A DNA stretch of 64,000 bases from positions 21,576,001 through 21,640,000 of the forward strand of contig CM060733.1 in assembly GCA_030704615.1 (NCBI GenBank), written 5' to 3'. This document shows positions 58,776 to 64,000 of the stretch, piece by piece (position 1 is the stretch's first letter; each line of letters opens with the position of its first letter). The notes beneath the pieces were generated by a model. It saw nothing but the letters and a program-made list of their open reading frames with translations, ran no database searches and was not told the origin of the DNA. Origin of the DNA: Takakia lepidozioides. Its lineage: Eukaryota; Plantae; Bryophyta. A program made the position numbers and the translations under genes.

Positions 58776-60818
58776 ATGATTAGCATCGACTCGAGTGAAA
58801 GTGTACAATCATCAATGTACAGCTGCAATCGCATGTTGATTATGGACTCCAGCCCTACTAGTGACAACTTCGAAAGTCCTCACCTGATGGATTTTCGAGA
58901 ACAAGTTGCCCCGAAGGAGAGCTACGAAGAGAAGGTTGGGTCGAAGGCTCTGGAAGGGAACAATCCTAGTAGGAGAATAGGTGGATTTCATAATGAGCGG
59001 GTTGTTCCATTTCCTCCAATGGTCCAACCGACTCCCGGCTATGACGTTCGACAGGATGCATCGCGCTACAGAGACTCCGTGATAAAACTCAAGGCCAAAC
59101 TGCCTATTTTATCATCAGATCTACCGAAGTTAGCCCCAGTGGAGAGCATTCAAGGGGGGTCGACAGAGCGCAGGCTGGAGCATTCGGATCCGGAGGTTAG
59201 TTGTGCCGTGCAAGTACTAGACAAGCTCATTGCTTTGGCTAAACAGTGTGGGGAAGCTGCAAAATCTAGCAGCTGTGAACCTGATTCCATGAAACCAGAT
59301 TATCGTTCTCTGGATCAGTCAGAGTCGCTCTTCCCATCGTTCTTCAACTACAGATTTTATTCAGCTTCAGTGTCCTCTGGTGATCGTGAAGAATCTCAGA
59401 ACACCAAGGGGTCAGATAGTCCAAGTATGGACATACCAGAGATACAGCCTTTTCAAGAGTCTTATCAATTATCAGAGACTCGGGCAGACAGTGGGCCTCT
59501 GGTTCAGGCAGAATCACAGACATGTCCCTCTCCGTTTTCTTCCACATACAGTCTAGATTCTGCGGCTTCCACGTCTACTGAAGGGCCCCTCGACCAATCT
59601 CGGACTACATTAAAGGAGCCATATAGTCGGAATGTGAGCATAACAGAAATACGTCAGTTTGAGCGCTACCCACCATCAAAGAATGAGGCAGACAGTGGGT
59701 CTCAAGATTCGATGGAGAAGTCTCTGCACGACATGGATCAGGAGATACACGTTCCACGTGATGTGGACTTACCGGAGATAGAATCTTTTAAACTTTATGA
59801 CGCAGGTTTAAGAACGGGTTTTGTAGCTTCCATGGAGGCACATAGTGGGTCTGATCTGGATCAGATCGACAATTCAAATGATCTCCTCCCATTCCACTTC
59901 ACAAACAAGGTCTCTCCCGCATCCGTGTCCTCGTCCGAAGATGCCGACATGGAGCAAAGTAACAATGCACCTGATACCCTCGAGCTGGCCTTAGTGAAGC
60001 CACAATCTTTTCAAAAGTCTCACTCAGATTCAAATCATACCAGCTGGAAACCTTGGATTCCAGAGGCAGATGGACGGACCCCCGATCAGACTGAGCTGCA
60101 ATTTGAGGTAATTCCATCCCGTTTCACATCCAGAGGACGCGATTCTACCTTTCCCCTTGAGCAATTAGCTCAGACGAACGTGCAGGCATCATCTAGTAGT
60201 GCTGTTGATCCATCAGAGATCCAACCTTTTCACGAAAGTCCACCGCATTGGGTACCATGTATAGACTCTTCGTCTGCACCTCCTTCAGTTTCTGGCTCCT
60301 TCAGAAGCGGTAAGTTTAAGGGCGATCCACAGGTGTTGGCGCAATTATCAAAGAGTATTGAGCGCCTAGCCCTGGACAGATCGAAAAGGACTGTGTTCTT
60401 TGCTGATGAATTTTACGACGATGATGATATAGTTCCGAGTGTTAGCAGCTGGGATGTGGATGAGAGACACGACCTTGTGGAAGGATCCAGGATGCTCTCT
60501 AGACATCCTATGGGTCAAGTAGTAAGTTACACGGGCTCCTCTCGGGGTTCTTCTACTTCCCCTGAGGGTTCTTCCCACGGCTTTTCTTGTTCAGGAAGAT
60601 TACTCTCTTGGTCAGGGAGGATATTACTCGCATTTAGGGCTCATAGCAAGGGGAAATCGGCTAGGGGTGATGACATAGAATGTCATGTGGATGCGAGGAG
60701 TTTTGCCGGATCAGCACGTAGAGATGCTCAACAGATCAAAGGAATACTTAAAGGCAGCCGCAGTGGGATAGGTAACAAACTTACAGTAGCAGACATATTG
60801 AAGGAAGACTTCGGATAA
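58776..60818 (+). CDS. 680-aa Ser/Asp/Glu-rich, probably disordered protein of unknown function (possibly a terminal exon)
   Basis: 2-kb stop-free frame with internal repeats; no recognisable domain. Confidence 0.65.
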   Translation: MISIDSSESVQSSMYSCNRMLIMDSSPTSDNFESPHLMDFREQVAPKESYEEKVGSKALEGNNPSRRIGGFHNERVVPFPPMVQPTPGYDVRQDASRYRDSVIKLKAKLPILSSDLPKLAPVESIQGGSTERRLEHSDPEVSCAVQVLDKLIALAKQCGEAAKSSSCEPDSMKPDYRSLDQSESLFPSFFNYRFYSASVSSGDREESQNTKGSDSPSMDIPEIQPFQESYQLSETRADSGPLVQAESQTCPSPFSSTYSLDSAASTSTEGPLDQSRTTLKEPYSRNVSITEIRQFERYPPSKNEADSGSQDSMEKSLHDMDQEIHVPRDVDLPEIESFKLYDAGLRTGFVASMEAHSGSDLDQIDNSNDLLPFHFTNKVSPASVSSSEDADMEQSNNAPDTLELALVKPQSFQKSHSDSNHTSWKPWIPEADGRTPDQTELQFEVIPSRFTSRGRDSTFPLEQLAQTNVQASSSSAVDPSEIQPFHESPPHWVPCIDSSSAPPSVSGSFRSGKFKGDPQVLAQLSKSIERLALDRSKRTVFFADEFYDDDDIVPSVSSWDVDERHDLVEGSRMLSRHPMGQVVSYTGSSRGSSTSPEGSSHGFSCSGRLLSWSGRILLAFRAHSKGKSARGDDIECHVDARSFAGSARRDAQQIKGILKGSRSGIGNKLTVADILKEDFG

Positions 60819-61609
60819 AGCCCAGCAGGCCTATCAAAGCTAATTCGATCACTAACACCAATTTCTGGAGTTCTGTAAATACCCGTGCATCCAGCTCGGA
60901 CCTGTGAATATTGTGATGGTCCGAACTTCTTGCTCCAAAATATTTGTTATTTGCAACTGGTGCTTGTAAAAGAGGAAGAACTTATCAAGCTCTAAGAGCA
61001 CTGTAGAGTCGAGGACTGGATCAAATGCTCGAAAGGGAAAGTATCACCAAACCACCTGCAGGTTGCCTCACGGTTTTGGCGCACTCCACTCCTGATATCG
61101 AGAGAAGAGCTAGAGCTGCCGGTTGGTTTACCCTGCTGGGTGCCCGAGATGAAATCTGCATCCGACCACCTCAGTGGGGCCACATTCCCCAACCACTGGG
61201 CTACATTCTACATCCTTCGGTCAGTAAACTACTCCAAAAGCAGAAAGTTTTGTCCCATGCACATAACTTCTTGTTTGGACGTCCCACTTTCCACCACATT
61301 CAATCCAGAATACAGAACCCCATAAAGAAGAATATAATGCCAGCCACAGGCTGGTGGTCTTGAAATTGTAACTTCATTTTGTTAATCAAGCTGTTGCCTT
61401 CAAACAGGAATGGAAAATTCAAGAAATATCAGAAAACTGTGCAAATAACTACATTGGCGATGAGAAAAATTATCCCTACGCGGCACTGTACATGGCTTCC
61501 CCATGTCCCACTCAAACTATGCCTGTAGCAGCTCAAAAGCTGCATGAGAAAGTTGAACAATGAGTATAACCTTGGAGAGTAATTGAAAGAGTTCTCTCTG
61601 CAACTAGAT

Positions 61610-64000
61610 TCAGCCATTGATTTGGATTGCTTTGTACTGCTGCATAGTGCCAGCAATGGCTTCTTCCACTGGCAACCGCTCCATGCTTGATGCGCCATAA
61701 AAACCATGCACTCCATGCGTTCGCTGTAGCACATATTCCGCTTCCTTTGGCCCAGAGATGGGTCCTGGATAGGAGAGAAAATAAGGTTTGTCAAGGCATC
61801 AGCACAAGAGCCAACATAACCTGCAACACCCTCTAGACCCCGTTGGGAAATCTCCTCTTAATTTAAAAGGTTTTTTTATGAGGGAAGATATGAGCAGGGC
61901 TAATCCCAGAAACGGCCTCAGCACAATGTGACACCTGTCTTATTCCACTGAGGATCCTCGTAAAAATCCTGAACCGGTCAACTGACCATCTGTTGCTTCA
62001 ATCACAGGTTTTGAACCCTGTATGGCTTCCAACCCATGAGCACGTTCTGGTACATATAAAACAGCTCTAGCAGAACCCAACTAAAAACCATGTTTCTGAA
62101 GAGCTTGTACAGGACATCTTCAATCCTTTTACATGTATTTCTCCATAGATATCAAATCCTCACCAGAGGTCCCTAGGTCAATGCTGCAGAATCACTTTTT
62201 TAGGCATTTTAGCTCCAAAAACCAAACTTCTCAGTCACATCTTAAACGGAACCTACAAGATAGAAACAAGTGTCAACAGAACCAACCTCCATGGCAGAGT
62301 ACAATGATATCTGAATTGACCGCGTGAGCTGAATCTGCAATGGCCTGCACGCGTCTAACACTGTCATCCAGTGATACTGCAGTTTTCGCTCCAATGGAAC
62401 CAGCAGTTGTTAGCCCCATGTGTGCAACCACAATGTCGGCCCCTGCCATGGCCATGGCATGCGCTTCATGCTCATTGAAGCTGTATGGGGTTGTCAAAAA
62501 TCCCAATTCGTGCGCTTGCCTTATCATCAACACCTCAACTCTGCAGCCAACCGTCCAATGCATGTAAGTCATTCTCAAATCACCCAGAACCCTCTCCATG
62601 ACACTACTTTGATAGCAGAAGTGTGCACAAGGGCTGGCATCCCTTGGGCATGAAACTTCAGTGGTGTTAATTGTACAGATCTCTTGAGACTCAGTGAATT
62701 ATAAAGTAGCTTGCAAAGAAGAAGCCCTAGTTCTATGAACAATTTTCTGCTGATGGTGACAATTGAATGAGAGTTGAAGCTAGTTACCCATAACCCATGC
62801 CAGTTTCCTCAAGATTTTGCCTGAAGTTACCATCAATGAGGCCAACAGTAGGGAAGTTTTGGATGCCGGAAAACCCAAGATGCTCCAGCTCACGCAAAAA
62901 GCGGTCCATGCGGCGGAAGGGATCAGTAGCACACACCCCTGCAAGGACTGGAACCCGTTTTACCACCTACAATACATATGACCCACAGATATTCTCAACA
63001 ATTAACGATCCACCTCCAAAGTAACTTCACTGAAGTCCATTTCCAACTCTTCTCCAGTTATATTGTAGTATCAATAGGTAACCCATCTTTTCTATGATGA
63101 GATTTCCTTCTTTAAGTGGTTACGAGTTACAACTCCATGATTTGCAACTGGTGTACCTAAGCTTCCGGCAGCAATTCCACTCTGGGTGCCATCCTACACA
63201 AATCTCCATATGCTGCAGTCCTAAAAACCTCCATATGTAACAGTCACTCTTCTGGTGCCTTGCATGAATGTAGAGGGTGATGCTGACTGAAGTTAGTACA
63301 GATAACAGCCTCTTTCCCTTGCAGGTACTGCCCCCTGTCTGGGCTGCCCCAATGATTGTATTCATCATAGTATCGAGCCCTTCCAAATGTATTCAGACCA
63401 AAAAAGGACAAGCTAGAAACATACCGGCAAAACCTCACTTGCCATTTCGATCACCACAGCATTTGCATCTTTGAAGGGCATGAGACCTGACAATGAGCCC
63501 CTCCCAGCCATTCGGAAGCGTCCTGAGTTGTATATTACTATCAAGTCTGCCCCACCTTCCTCCTCAAACTTTGCAGATATCCCTGTCCCTGCCCCGGCAC
63601 CGATTATAGGGATCCCTTGCGAAATCTGTTTCCTCAATTTTTGTAGCACAGCCTGTCGTGAGCTCAATGTCTCTGGAGGACATAACATCACAACTACATC
63701 AGCAAACTTCGCTACAATCAATTATTGAGGATGAACAATGTTTGATTGCAAGGAAACCAATGGATGTTGTGCACACAACAGTCATTTATTACAGGCAGAA
63801 GTAGTATACACACTGCAATAACAAGAGCCTAACGAGCGAAACCTCAGGAAAATTGGAAGTAGCAAAATGCATAGAGTCAAGACGTGTGATATAGATAGAG
63901 ATGTGAGATAATTAAACTAAAGAAAGAGAAATAAAACACCCACTGAAAACCTACAGAGGTTATGGGAGCGAATGTGGACCTGGATTGGCGCGTGAAAAAT
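61610..64000 (-). CDS. Tm-1-like / TIM-barrel signal transduction protein, 3' part; exons >64000-63980, 63672-63425, 62966-62788, 62540-62287, 61764-61610
   Basis: [96 protein letters not shown]. Confidence 0.93.

Overview
Eukaryotic land-plant genomic DNA with GT-AG introns. The gene and transposon repertoire suggests a non-seed plant, but that is inference. Host genes: a membrane-anchored hexokinase (9 exons, -); an OPR/old yellow enzyme with an altered active site (-); CFAP20/BUG22 (-); a 69-aa single-TM protein whose second exon also carries the CFAP20 start codon, an apparent bicistronic transcript; a divergent HINT4-like HIT hydrolase (6 exons, +); a 680-aa Ser-rich orphan ORF (+); and the 3' part of a Tm-1-like TIM-barrel protein (-). 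Pseudogene pieces: a diterpene synthase with an internally inverted exon, a thioredoxin reductase fragment and a duplicated OPR exon. Mobile DNA: a 12.2-kb non-chromovirus Ty3/gypsy element inserted with a GTTAC TSD in a ZNF862-like hAT transposase. It has one full LTR, a 12-bp palindrome in place of the 5' LTR, an LTR-initiated ORF0, a ~1,280-codon 3' accessory ORF and two matching 10-bp tandem arrays. Also a copia fragment, LINE fragments, a tRNA-derived SINE family and five MITEs. Coordinates were read by eye and may be off by a few bases.
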